Shown here in pieces: positions 36,839 to 46,064 of a stretch of DNA of 64,000 bases. The stretch covers positions 5,302-69,301 of the forward strand of contig MNGW01000093.1 in assembly GCA_001918935.1 (NCBI GenBank), in the 5' to 3' direction. The notes under the pieces were generated by a model that was not told the origin of the DNA, did no database searches, and worked only from the letters and a program-made list of their open reading frames with translations. Each line of letters starts with the position of its first letter. Position 1 is the first letter of the stretch. Origin of the DNA: Acidobacteriales bacterium 13_1_40CM_3_55_5. Lineage in GTDB: Bacteria; Acidobacteriota; Terriglobia; Terriglobales; Acidobacteriaceae. Made by a program: the position numbers and the translations under genes.

Positions 36839-37267
36839 ATGACTCTAAAATCTGCGCTCGACGACGTGCTAGACGTGACGCTTACTGCGGTTTCCGGGAT
36901 CGTCGGAAAGCTGGAGTATCTTTCCGGTCTGCAAGAAACGTCCTACTCCTATTCCCATTGGGGACTGTCGAGAGTTTATGGGGAAGGGGCTGCACAACAG
37001 GCGTTGGGGGAAGCGCACTCCGCGTGTTTCCTGGCTACCCTGCGTACTTCCTTGCGAACATTACGGGACGATGTAGAAGTTTCAAGCCGAGGGAAACAGA
37101 AGCCGGCAGAGGAATATATAAAGAACTTACGGGGTCGTTGGGCTGCCTTATTGCCAACTGATCTTGGTGGGGGGTCGGCGCGGCATTTCAGTTCAGTGCT
37201 GCACGCCCTTTCGAGTCTGGCTTCGAATCAGACAAAGAGTCAGCCGCGCGCCACTCCCCCAAGCTAA
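36839..37267 (+). CDS. hypothetical protein
   Basis: 142-aa ORF with no recognisable motif. Its 3' end overlaps the convergent XRE gene by 80 nt. Confidence 0.45.
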   Translation: MTLKSALDDVLDVTLTAVSGIVGKLEYLSGLQETSYSYSHWGLSRVYGEGAAQQALGEAHSACFLATLRTSLRTLRDDVEVSSRGKQKPAEEYIKNLRGRWAALLPTDLGGGSARHFSSVLHALSSLASNQTKSQPRATPPS

Positions 37268-38042
37268 CCGCGATGCCAATCACTTGGCCGATCACTTCCG
37301 CATCCTGTGGATGACGTAAGATGCGCACCGGCACTGGCGATAAGGGGTGGGGCTGGAGGACGACGTGGTCTCCCTTCAGAGTGCACCAACAGCAAGTGTA
37401 GCCGTCGCGTGTTTCCACGAAATAAATGGGACGCTCGTATTCGGAACGCCACATACCTTGCAGAATCTTATTTCTGGACTCATCCACTTGAAGGAAAGTT
37501 CCCGGCGGCAAAATCGGATACATAGTGAAGTCTTCACTGCCAACGTAACCGTACGTGTATTTATCGCTGGCAAACTGGGACAAGTAAGCCAGTGGAACCA
37601 ATCCCCATTGCTCCACCATACGGCCTAAGTTGTTAGTCCGGCGTGGGTCAAACGCAGGATCCAATCTGGTGGGCATTTGCACTACCGAAGCACCTTGCAG
37701 AAGTTCGGACGGATGAGACTTGGGGGGAAGGTTAAGCTTCATATCCGCAGTGCTGGCATTCAAATCGATGCCATACCAGGACAATATTTCACGCAAGTCG
37801 CGCCGATAAATCACCGCCAAGGAATATAGACGATAGATACTGGGCACCAGACCCTTAGTCTCGATGTCGGAGAGACGGCTGGGACTGACCGAGAATTCGT
37901 CGTTTCCGTGTTTGTCAGCGATGCGCGCACTTGCAGTTTCGACCTCTCGCATTGTGAGGCCCAGACGTTCCCGCGAGATTCGTAGATTCAGGCCAGCAAC
38001 AACGATGGCAATCTTCCTTTCAGCAGCTGGTTCAAGCTGCAT
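37188..38042 (-). CDS. XRE-family HTH regulator with degenerate S24 (LexA/CI-like) C-terminal domain
   Basis: The HTH is ISRERLGLTMREVETAS. The C-terminal part aligns to the S24 fold, with FTMYP in place of GDSMxP and CCWC in place of VKR. Confidence 0.7.
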   Translation of the reverse strand: MQLEPAAERKIAIVVAGLNLRISRERLGLTMREVETASARIADKHGNDEFSVSPSRLSDIETKGLVPSIYRLYSLAVIYRRDLREILSWYGIDLNASTADMKLNLPPKSHPSELLQGASVVQMPTRLDPAFDPRRTNNLGRMVEQWGLVPLAYLSQFASDKYTYGYVGSEDFTMYPILPPGTFLQVDESRNKILQGMWRSEYERPIYFVETRDGYTCCWCTLKGDHVVLQPHPLSPVPVRILRHPQDAEVIGQVIGIAVSLGEWRAADSLSDSKPDSKGRAALN

Positions 38043-38272
38043 TTACAGAAGTGTCAACCAATTACTAAGCCCGTATTTCAAACCGGCTAAGTATTCATCG
38101 CCCGAAAGCTGTAGTGCACGCCCTGGAAGTTGAAACAAAACTTTACACTAGTCAGCAGCATATTAGACCAGCTTTCGTCACCGACACAAGCCATGGAAGA
38201 ATGCTCTTTCAGGTAGTCAATGCCGACATTTCGGCACATGATGTGACGAGCAGGACTGGCTATAATTTATGC

Positions 38273-38515
38273 ATGGCACGAGGGTGGGAGAGCAAGGCAG
38301 TTGAGGAGCAACAAGCCGAGGCAAGGACGAAGCCGGATCCGAACAAAGTGCGGCTCGAACCTGAACAGGTGGCCAAGCAAAAGGAACGGCAAGGGCTGTT
38401 ATTGTCTCGGCAACGTGTGCTGCAGCAACTTCAGACTGCGCAGAACCCCTTTCATCGCAAGATGTTGGAAGCGGCTTTGGGGGATTTGGAGGCACAACTC
38501 GCACGCCTGGGCTAG
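38273..38515 (+). CDS. small conserved-looking hypothetical protein (80 aa, charged, helical)
   Basis: MARGWESKAVEEQQAEA... TATAAT at 38261-38266 ends 6 nt before the ATG. Confidence 0.5.
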   Translation: MARGWESKAVEEQQAEARTKPDPNKVRLEPEQVAKQKERQGLLLSRQRVLQQLQTAQNPFHRKMLEAALGDLEAQLARLG

Positions 38516-38573
38516 GTCTGAGGTTTAATTAAAAGAGGGCGGCGCTGAAGTATAATAATATTCATCATCCCCC

Positions 38574-38819
38574 ATGAAAGCATACGTGTACGTTTCGCTT
38601 AAGAAGAGCGTACTGGACCCCCAGGGCAAGACTATCCAAAGCGCTCTCAAAAAGATGGGTTACAAGGGTTTAGAGGACGTTCGACAGGGCAAGTATTTCG
38701 AGCTCACCCTGGATGGTGGGCTGACGCGAATTGAAGCTGAGACTGAGATCGCACGCATTGCCCGCGAGGTTCTCACGAATCCGGTCATGGAAGAATTCCG
38801 ATTCTCGTTAGAGGACTAA
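38574..38819 (+). CDS. purS: phosphoribosylformylglycinamidine synthase subunit PurS
   Basis: 81 aa: MKAYVYVSLKKSVLDPQGKTIQSAL. Confidence 0.9.
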   Translation: MKAYVYVSLKKSVLDPQGKTIQSALKKMGYKGLEDVRQGKYFELTLDGGLTRIEAETEIARIAREVLTNPVMEEFRFSLED

Positions 38820-38964
38820 CCGAACCTCCCCGATTCGGTGAGAAAAATTATCCTGCTCAGGCAGGCTGTAGTGACGGAATTCGCGTGCTTGCCTTGCGCG
38901 GCGCAGCGTCTTCCTACTTTCATTGCGAACCTTCGGTCCCCTGCCGAAATAAGGAGCATACAAG

Positions 38965-40839
38965 ATGTGCGGGATTGTCGGATACGTAGGTAAGAAGCGG
39001 GTGGTGCCGGTCATCATTGACGGGCTGAAGCGACTGGAGTATCGGGGCTACGACTCAGCGGGAATTGCGGTGTGCGGGAACGGCGAAGGCTTGCAGATTC
39101 GGCGCGCCGAGGGCAAGTTGCGCAATCTGGAAGAAGTCATTCGTCTCAAGCCGCTCGATGGCACATACGGCATCGGCCATACCCGCTGGGCCACGCACGG
39201 GCGTCCCACGGAAGAAAACGCGCATCCCCACCGTGATTGCACCGGGCGGGTTGTGGTCGTACACAACGGGATTATCGAGAATTACGTCCTGCTGAAAAAG
39301 CAGCTGATCGAAGAAGGTCACAAATTCTCCACCGAAACTGACACAGAAGTGATTGCGCATTTGGTGGAGAAATATTACTTAAAACGCAGTAATGGAAGCC
39401 GACCGTCGCTGGAAGAAGCGGTGCGTAAATCCGTAGGACAGCTAAGCGGTGTTTTCGCGCTGGCCGTGATTGCGGTGGATGAACCCAACAAGATTGTCGC
39501 TGCTCGAAATGGTCCCCCAGCAGTTATCGGCCTCGGAAAAGATGAGTATTTTGTAGCGTCAGATGTGCCCGCAATTCTCTACCACACTCGCGATCTTTTC
39601 TTTCTTGCCGACGGCGATCTGGCGGTCATTACGCCGGACGGCGTACAACTCACGGATTTCAACGGGCAGCCGATCGTAAGACAAGTTCAGCACGTCACTT
39701 GGGACCCGATCATGGCGGAAAAGGGCGGGTTCAAGCATTTCATGCTGAAGGAAATCTACGAGCAGCCGCGCTCGGTACGCGACACGACGCTGGGGCGCGT
39801 CTCACAGGAGACGGGGCACGTTTTCCTGGACGAGATGGAGATCACGGAAGCGGAATTTCGCGCCGCAAAAAAGATCAACATTGCAGCTTGCGGGACAAGT
39901 TGGCACGCCGCCCAGGCAGGCAAATTCATGATTGAGCGCCTGGCGCGTGTGCCGGTTGAAGTGGACTATGCCAGCGAGTGGCGGTATCGCGATCCGATTC
40001 TCGGGCCCGACACTATTACGATGCTGATTTCTCAATCGGGCGAGACTGCAGATACCATCGCCGCCCAGAGAGAAGCCAAAGCCAAAGGCTCCAAGACGGT
40101 GGCGATTTGTAATGTGGTGGGCTCGATGATTACGCGCGAGTCCGGGGGAACGATCTACACGCATGCCGGTCCCGAGATCGGGGTTGCGTCCACCAAAGCG
40201 TTTACCGCTCAACTCACTGCCCTCTACCTTTTTGCACTTTATCTGGGCCAGCTGCGCGGCACACGCAGTGCCGAGCAGGCGAAGGATGCAATTCAGGAAC
40301 TGACACGTATTCCGGGCAAACTCGAACACTTGTTAACCCACGAAGAGGATTGCGAAGACCTGGCCAAGGAGTACGTACGCTCGCAGGATTTCCTCTTCTT
40401 AGGACGAGGCATTCACTATCCCATTGCGCTCGAAGGCGCGTTGAAACTGAAGGAAATTTCCTACATTCACGCCGAAGGCTATCCGGCGGGAGAAATGAAG
40501 CATGGGCCGAACGCGCTGATTGATGAGAATCTGCCGGTAGTAATTATCGCGACTCGCGATCCGAAAGACCCCCTCTCGATGGTGCGTTATGAGAAGACGA
40601 TGTCTAACCTGAAGGAAGTTAAGGCGCGCTCCGGAAAGGTCATCGCACTGGCTACCGAAGGGGACGACGAAATCAAAGAGGCCGCGGACCACGTGCTGTA
40701 CATTCCTCCAGCGCCGGAAGAATTGCTGCCGATACTGGAAATAGTTCCACTCCAATTGCTGGCGTATCACATTGCCGTGCGGCGTGGCTGCGATGTCGAT
40801 CAACCCAGGAATTTGGCCAAATCAGTGACTGTGGAGTAG
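38965..40839 (+). CDS. glmS: glutamine--fructose-6-phosphate aminotransferase
   Basis: [10 protein letters not shown]-terminus, two SIS domains, and C-terminal NLAKSVTVE. Confidence 0.97.
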   Translation: MCGIVGYVGKKRVVPVIIDGLKRLEYRGYDSAGIAVCGNGEGLQIRRAEGKLRNLEEVIRLKPLDGTYGIGHTRWATHGRPTEENAHPHRDCTGRVVVVHNGIIENYVLLKKQLIEEGHKFSTETDTEVIAHLVEKYYLKRSNGSRPSLEEAVRKSVGQLSGVFALAVIAVDEPNKIVAARNGPPAVIGLGKDEYFVASDVPAILYHTRDLFFLADGDLAVITPDGVQLTDFNGQPIVRQVQHVTWDPIMAEKGGFKHFMLKEIYEQPRSVRDTTLGRVSQETGHVFLDEMEITEAEFRAAKKINIAACGTSWHAAQAGKFMIERLARVPVEVDYASEWRYRDPILGPDTITMLISQSGETADTIAAQREAKAKGSKTVAICNVVGSMITRESGGTIYTHAGPEIGVASTKAFTAQLTALYLFALYLGQLRGTRSAEQAKDAIQELTRIPGKLEHLLTHEEDCEDLAKEYVRSQDFLFLGRGIHYPIALEGALKLKEISYIHAEGYPAGEMKHGPNALIDENLPVVIIATRDPKDPLSMVRYEKTMSNLKEVKARSGKVIALATEGDDEIKEAADHVLYIPPAPEELLPILEIVPLQLLAYHIAVRRGCDVDQPRNLAKSVTVE

Positions 40840-40915
40840 GAGTTCCTGATCTGCGGGATCGTTGCTCAATGTGATCCAGCTTCGCCGTGTCACTTAAACT
40901 CATCTAAAGAGATAC

Positions 40916-41638
40916 ATGCCCGTATTCCAGACTCACACCGCGCGACTGGTGCGGTCCGTCCCATTGTCAGAGCCGACTAAGCACCTGGAATTCGAAAAGG
41001 AGGGAGTCCTGCGCTTCGGCTTTGTGGCCGGCCAGTGGCTCTCGCTGAAACAGGCAAGGCCCGATGGCGAAGAACTGACTCGCGCTTACTCCATCGCTTC
41101 ACCGCCCGCGGACGATAACCATTTCGCTCTCTGCCTCAATCGAGTACAGGACGGCTTTATGTCGAACTTTCTCTGTGAGATGAAAGAGGGCGACGAAATC
41201 AGTTGTCAGGGGCCGTTTGGCGATTTCATCCTGCGTCCGCCATTACGCGACACCATCTTCATTGCAACCGGGACGGGTATCGCGCCCTTTCGTTCCATGC
41301 TGCACTGGCTCCTGGCCGATCCCTCCCGCCATCAGGGCCGGAGTTTCTTTCTGCTTTTCGGAAGCCGCACCGAGAAAGATATTTATTATCACCAGGAATT
41401 TCTGCAACTCGCTGACGAGCATGCGAACTTCGATTATCTGCCAACGCTCAGCCGAGGCGGTCCGGAATGGAAGGGCTTGCGCGGTTACGTTCAGGAACAC
41501 GTTCCTGGTATTGTTCAAGGTCGAGCCGAAATGATCGCGTATATCTGCGGCCTGGACAAAATGATCAAGGCCAATCGCGACTTGCTGAAGGGGCTGGGGT
41601 GGGATAGGAAATCGATTCGATATGAGAAATATGATTGA
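40916..41638 (+). CDS. FNR-like FAD/NAD(P)-binding oxidoreductase
   Basis: RAYSIAS (FAD-binding) and IATGTGIAPFRSM (NAD-binding). Confidence 0.8.
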   Translation: MPVFQTHTARLVRSVPLSEPTKHLEFEKEGVLRFGFVAGQWLSLKQARPDGEELTRAYSIASPPADDNHFALCLNRVQDGFMSNFLCEMKEGDEISCQGPFGDFILRPPLRDTIFIATGTGIAPFRSMLHWLLADPSRHQGRSFFLLFGSRTEKDIYYHQEFLQLADEHANFDYLPTLSRGGPEWKGLRGYVQEHVPGIVQGRAEMIAYICGLDKMIKANRDLLKGLGWDRKSIRYEKYD

Positions 41639-41687
41639 AGGCAGCTTTCAGCTATCAAGCCTCAGTGGGCTGGCGTTCGGAAACGAA

Positions 41688-42086
41688 CTATCTTTTCCGT
41701 ATCGGCTGCACTGGTGGGGTTATGCTGCGTCGAACCGGAACTATGGCGCCTCGGGAAGGATCAGCGGCGACGCTGGCACGTGACAAAACTTCTTCCTGGA
41801 TATATTTCACGAAATCCTGAATCTGGCGCTGCATTTCTTCCATACGCTCGCGCATTTGTAGAATGATCGCAATGCCGGAGATATTTACTCCCAGGTCGCG
41901 AGCGAGGGAAAGAATGAATTCGAGGCGCTGAAGATCCTCGTCGGTATAAAGACGGGTGTTGCCTTCGGTGCGGGAGGGTTTGAGAAGACCTTCGCGTTCA
42001 TAAAGACGCAACGTCTGAGGATGAATGCCATACATCTCGGCCACCGCCGAGATCATGTATGCGCCTTTGGATCTTCTCTTGGTCAT
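41688..42086 (-). CDS. hspR: MerR-family heat-shock repressor HspR
   Basis: ISAVAEMYGIHPQTLRLYEREGLLKPSRT. It is the last gene after dnaJ. Confidence 0.8.
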   Translation of the reverse strand: MTKRRSKGAYMISAVAEMYGIHPQTLRLYEREGLLKPSRTEGNTRLYTDEDLQRLEFILSLARDLGVNISGIAIILQMRERMEEMQRQIQDFVKYIQEEVLSRASVAADPSRGAIVPVRRSITPPVQPIRKR

Positions 42087-42108
42087 GGATCTTCCCGCTC
42101 AGAAGTTT

Positions 42109-43335
42109 TCAAACGTTCTTCCAGAGGTCCCCGCGGGGATCTTCGGGATTCAGGCGGGCAAGTTCGCGCAGAATTTCTTTGGAGCGCTCATCCCGCGGCA
42201 TGGGGACATTCACTTGTATCTCAACGATCTCATCGCCGCGTGTGCCCTCTTTGGTTGCGGATGGGACACCTTTTTCCCGCAAGCGGAGCTTCTGACCGGA
42301 TTGTGTCCCCGGCGGGATTTTAAGCAGAGTGCGACCATCGATGGTTGGCACTTCAATCTTGCTCCCCAGTGCGGCCTCTGTAGCAGTCACCGGGACCGTT
42401 AAATAAATATCGTCGCCCTCGCGGCGGAAGACGGGATGATCGCCGGTGCGGATGATCACGTACAGATCGCCAGGGGGACCTCCCCGCACACCCGCATTTC
42501 CCTTGCCCGGGATACGAATGCGCTGGCCGTCGCGAGTTCCTGGCTTGATGCGGACTTCGAGCGGTTCGGTACGCTCGACCGTTCCCTCGCCGTGACAGAC
42601 ATTGCAAGTGGTTATATTGCGGCCCGTGCCGTTACACCGCGGGCAGGTGACGTTGAACTTCATGCGTCCGCCGGTCTGCTCGATCGTTCCCTTGCCTTTG
42701 CATTCCGGACATACACCGGCCGCTTCGATATAGCCCTTACCCGAACAGTTGGAGCAGACATCGCGCCGGGTGATATTGAGGCGCATTACGCCGCCACGAA
42801 CAGCAGTCCAAAAAGGTACGTTGACTTGATATTCAAGATCGTCGCCAGGTTCAGGACCTTCCTGCGCCTGCGCGCCGCGCCCGCCAAACATGCTGGAAAA
42901 AACGTCGCGGAAGCCGCCGCTTGAATTCTTTTTTCCTCGCCCGCCGCCTTCGAACATGTCGGAGAAATCGAAGCCTCCGAAATCGAAGTGCACCCCCTGG
43001 CCTCCGGCGTTTCCACCCGGCTGGCCACCAGGGAAACCACCCGGAAAGCCACCGCCGCTACTGCCGGCGCGGGCGTAGGCATCGGCCGTTTCAGGACTGA
43101 TATTGTCGGAATAATAGCCGAGCTGGTCGTAAATCTTCCGCTTCTTGGGATCGCTCAGGACATCGTTGGCTTCGGAGATGGCCTTGAATTTCTCCTCTGC
43201 TGTCTTGTCCCCGGGATTAACATCAGGATGATATTTGCGCGCAAGTTTACGAAAGGCTTTCCGGATTTCTTCCGCCGAGGCAGACTTCTTGACTCCAAGT
43301 AAGTCGTAATAATCTTTTTTAGCAGCGGTCGCCAT
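42109..43335 (-). CDS. dnaJ: molecular chaperone DnaJ
   Basis: J domain with YHPDVNP, a G/F region, and four CxxCxGxG zinc repeats. Confidence 0.97.
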   Translation of the reverse strand: MATAAKKDYYDLLGVKKSASAEEIRKAFRKLARKYHPDVNPGDKTAEEKFKAISEANDVLSDPKKRKIYDQLGYYSDNISPETADAYARAGSSGGGFPGGFPGGQPGGNAGGQGVHFDFGGFDFSDMFEGGGRGKKNSSGGFRDVFSSMFGGRGAQAQEGPEPGDDLEYQVNVPFWTAVRGGVMRLNITRRDVCSNCSGKGYIEAAGVCPECKGKGTIEQTGGRMKFNVTCPRCNGTGRNITTCNVCHGEGTVERTEPLEVRIKPGTRDGQRIRIPGKGNAGVRGGPPGDLYVIIRTGDHPVFRREGDDIYLTVPVTATEAALGSKIEVPTIDGRTLLKIPPGTQSGQKLRLREKGVPSATKEGTRGDEIVEIQVNVPMPRDERSKEILRELARLNPEDPRGDLWKNV

Positions 43336-43354
43336 GAGTTGCCAAACTTTATTC

Positions 43355-43416
43355 TGTCATCCTGAGCGAAGTTGTCGTTCGCGACGGCGAACGACAACGC
43401 AGCCGAAGGACCCCAT
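43355..43416. repeat. left terminal inverted repeat with internal 12-bp hairpin
   Basis: TGTCATCCTGAGCG..[GTTGTCGTTCGC GACG GCGAACGACAAC]..GCCGAAGGACCCCAT. Confidence 0.8.
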
Positions 43417-43454
43417 GCCTGTCAACTCGGGCAAGAACGCTTCAAGGCGTTCTC

Positions 43455-43784
43455 TCATCGGTCCTTGATCGGCTCTGCTGCAAACGCCATCGGCGCTCCC
43501 CATTTCTCTGCGAGGTCCTGCCCTGTGGGGTTGATCGATGTAATCACAGCGATCTTCTTCGCCCGAATCCAGCCTTTCAATTGTTTCTCGCGATCAATTG
43601 CGTTTTGAACGTCGTCAAAGCTTTCGTAATACACCAAGCGATCGCAATGATATTTAAGGGCGAATCCTTCGAACTCCCTGCTTTTGTGTTCTGCTATGCG
43701 TCGGTCGATGTTATTGGTCATGCCGATGTAGAGTGTGCCGGTGAGGCTTCCGACAATGTAAACCCAATACTTTTTCGGGTTCAT
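43455..43784 (-). CDS. GIY-YIG nuclease family protein
   Basis: WVYIVGSLTGTLYIGMTNNIDRRIAEHK ... EKQLKGW. Confidence 0.9.
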   Translation of the reverse strand: MNPKKYWVYIVGSLTGTLYIGMTNNIDRRIAEHKSREFEGFALKYHCDRLVYYESFDDVQNAIDREKQLKGWIRAKKIAVITSINPTGQDLAEKWGAPMAFAAEPIKDR

Positions 43785-43872
43785 ATCAATTCGTGTCGTG
43801 GTCGGTAAGAAGCCTGCAGCGTTTGGGGCATCTTGGGAATTCCTTCTTGCGCTTCTGGTGGCGCACGCGGGT

Positions 43873-43936
43873 ATGGGGGTCCTTCGACTTCGTAGCTGCT
43901 TCGCTTGGCGAAGCAGCTACTCCGCTCAGGATGACA
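43873..43936. repeat. right terminal inverted repeat with internal 13-bp hairpin
   Basis: Its reverse complement reads TGTCATCCTGAGCG..[GTAGCTGCTTCGC CAA GCGAAGCAGCTAC]..GTCGAAGGACCCCCAT. Confidence 0.8.
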
Positions 43937-43945
43937 AGAGTTTTT

Positions 43946-45871
43946 TTACTTCTTGTCTTCCACGTCCACGTACTCCGCGTCGATTACTCCTTCGTCTTTC
44001 TTTTGCGCTTCGCCGTTGCTTCCTGGAGTCGGACCTGCCGTCGGTCCTGCTCCGGGCGCGCCTTGGGGTTGAGCTGCTTTGTACATCTGTTCAGCCAGCT
44101 TGTGCGACGCTTGAGTCAAACGCTCACGGGCTTGGTCCATGCTGCTCTTGTCATTTGATTCCAGGGCTTTCTTGGCGTCGGCTATTGCGTTCTCGACATC
44201 GCCGCGCTCGGAACCCGAGATCTTGTCGCCCTGTTCACGAAGCATCTTCTCGACGCTGTAAACCAAGGTGTCGAGCTGATTGCGCGACTCGATCTCTTCG
44301 CGTTTGGCCTTATCCTCGGCGGAGTGAGCGTCGGCTTCTTTGGCCATGCGCTCGACTTCTTCTTTGCTCAGACCCGAAGAAGACGTGATCGTGATCTTCT
44401 GGTCCTTGCCGGTGGCATTGTCTTTCGCGGTCACGTTCAGGATGCCGTTTGCATCGATGTCAAACGTAACTTCGATCTGCGGCACTCCACGAGGAGCCGG
44501 CGGAATACCGGTCAAGTGGAATTTGCCGAGTGTACGATTGTCTCGAGCCAGCGGACGCTCGCCTTGCAACACATGGACTTCCACTGAAGTCTGACTATCC
44601 GCCGCGGTGGAGAAAGTCTCCGTCTTGCGGGTAGGGATGGTCGTGTTGCGCGGGATCATCGGCGTGGCAACGCCTCCCAGAGTTTCGATTGAGAGCGTGA
44701 GCGGAGTGACGTCGAGGAGAAGAAGATCCTTTACCTCGCCTCCCAGCACGCCACCTTGAATCGCCGCACCAATCGCGACTACTTCGTCGGGATTGACTCC
44801 ACGGTGCGGCTCCTTGCCAAACAACTCCTTCACCAGAGCCTGAATGCGAGGCATACGGGTCTGCCCGCCGACCAGGACGACTTCATTAATCTTGCTCGCG
44901 TCCACTCCCGCGTCCTTCATACATTGCTTGCATGGACCAACAGAACGTTGGATGAGGTCTTCAACCATCGACTCCAGCTTGGCCCGGGTCATCTTCTTGA
45001 CCAAATGCTTGGGACCATTGGCATCGGCGGTGATAAAAGGCAGGTTGATCTCGGTCTCCATGGTGGTGGAGAGTTCGATCTTGGCGCGCTCGGCCGCGTC
45101 ACGCAGACGCTGCAGCGCCATTTCATTGCCTTTGCCGCGAAGGTCGAGGCCTTCGTCCTTTTTGAACTCGTCGATTAGCCAATCCACGATGCGCTGATCG
45201 AGGTTGTCGCCGCCCAAATGGGTGTCGCCGTTGGTGGCCTTGACTTCGATGACGCCTTCGCCCACTTCGAGGATCGAGATATCGAAGGTACCGCCGCCGA
45301 AGTCGTAGACCGCAATGGTTTCGTCTTTCTTTTTGTCCAGACCGTAAGCCAGCGCGGCCGCAGTCGGCTCGTTAATGATGCGCTTCACATCCAGCCCGGC
45401 GATTTTGCCTGCGTCCTTGGTGGCCTGACGCTGCGCGTCGTTGAAATATGCCGGAACGGTGATAACGGCTTCGGATACCTTCTCGCCGAGGTAGTCTTCC
45501 GCAGCTTTCTTCAGTTTCTGAAGAATCATTGCGGAGACCTGAGGCGGGGTGTACTCCTTGCCCTGGGCAACGATGGCCACGTTGTCGCCTGACTTCACGA
45601 CCTTGAAGGGCACCATCTTCATTTCTTCGCTGACTTCGGCGTAGCGCCGCCCCATAAAACGCTTAATCGAGAAAATCGTGTTTTCTGGATTGGTGATGGC
45701 TTGACGCTTGGCCACCTGTCCAACAAGGCGTTCTCCGGTCTTGGTAAAACCGACCACGGAAGGGGTCGTCCGACCACCCTCCTCGTTGGGAATGACCTTG
45801 GGTTCTCCACCCTCCATGACCGCTACCACAGAGTTGGTCGTGCCCAAGTCAATTCCTATGATCTTTGCCAT
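43946..45871 (-). CDS. dnaK: molecular chaperone DnaK
   Basis: [10 protein letters not shown] and DLGGGTFD, over the full 641-aa length. Confidence 0.98.
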   Translation of the reverse strand: MAKIIGIDLGTTNSVVAVMEGGEPKVIPNEEGGRTTPSVVGFTKTGERLVGQVAKRQAITNPENTIFSIKRFMGRRYAEVSEEMKMVPFKVVKSGDNVAIVAQGKEYTPPQVSAMILQKLKKAAEDYLGEKVSEAVITVPAYFNDAQRQATKDAGKIAGLDVKRIINEPTAAALAYGLDKKKDETIAVYDFGGGTFDISILEVGEGVIEVKATNGDTHLGGDNLDQRIVDWLIDEFKKDEGLDLRGKGNEMALQRLRDAAERAKIELSTTMETEINLPFITADANGPKHLVKKMTRAKLESMVEDLIQRSVGPCKQCMKDAGVDASKINEVVLVGGQTRMPRIQALVKELFGKEPHRGVNPDEVVAIGAAIQGGVLGGEVKDLLLLDVTPLTLSIETLGGVATPMIPRNTTIPTRKTETFSTAADSQTSVEVHVLQGERPLARDNRTLGKFHLTGIPPAPRGVPQIEVTFDIDANGILNVTAKDNATGKDQKITITSSSGLSKEEVERMAKEADAHSAEDKAKREEIESRNQLDTLVYSVEKMLREQGDKISGSERGDVENAIADAKKALESNDKSSMDQARERLTQASHKLAEQMYKAAQPQGAPGAGPTAGPTPGSNGEAQKKDEGVIDAEYVDVEDKK

Positions 45872-45946
45872 AAGTTTCTCCCTCCCTCAATTATAAGTGC
45901 TTATAAGTTAACGAGTTACACGGACAGCTCGCTTTCCAGCAGCCAC

Positions 45947-45976
45947 ATGATAGAACTTGAGTGACTTTGTGTCAAC
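45947..45976 (-). promoter_or_regulatory. dnaK promoter (TTGACA-N17-TATCAT) overlapping a HAIR-like HspR operator
   Basis: The minus strand reads aaaagTTGACAcaaagtcACTCAAGttcTATCATg, i.e. GTTGACA-N7-ACTCAAG against the consensus CTTGAGT-N7-ACTCAAG. Confidence 0.5.
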
Positions 45977-46064
45977 TTTTAGATGCTCTACAAACCACAC
46001 AGGATGCAGGGATTAAGCCCGGGATGGGACAGCTGGCAGGCGAGTATTATGAGGCGTTTGAGCC

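Larger units (their letters stand above)
43355..43936 (-). mobile_element. candidate GIY-YIG cassette bounded by structured inverted repeats
   Basis: A nuclease ORF with flanking inverted repeats fills the dnaK-dnaJ spacer. Related solo boxes occur near 15.1 kb. No target-site duplication seen. Confidence 0.45.

Noticed and set aside
38820-38964. Possible glmS ribozyme in the leader of glmS
   Set aside because: The spacer is only 145 nt. It lacks the conserved core elements I remember for the ribozyme, with no GGCGCC/GACGAGG-type segments or nested pseudoknot arms. The purS stop and a weak hairpin account for part of it.
43417-43454. Terminator hairpin at the 3' end of the GIY-YIG gene, or an internal dnaJ promoter (TTGACA on the minus strand)
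   Set aside because: The 7-bp stem (agaacgc/gcgttct) has no following U-tract on the transcribed strand. The TTGACA has no acceptable -10 box at 16-18 nt.
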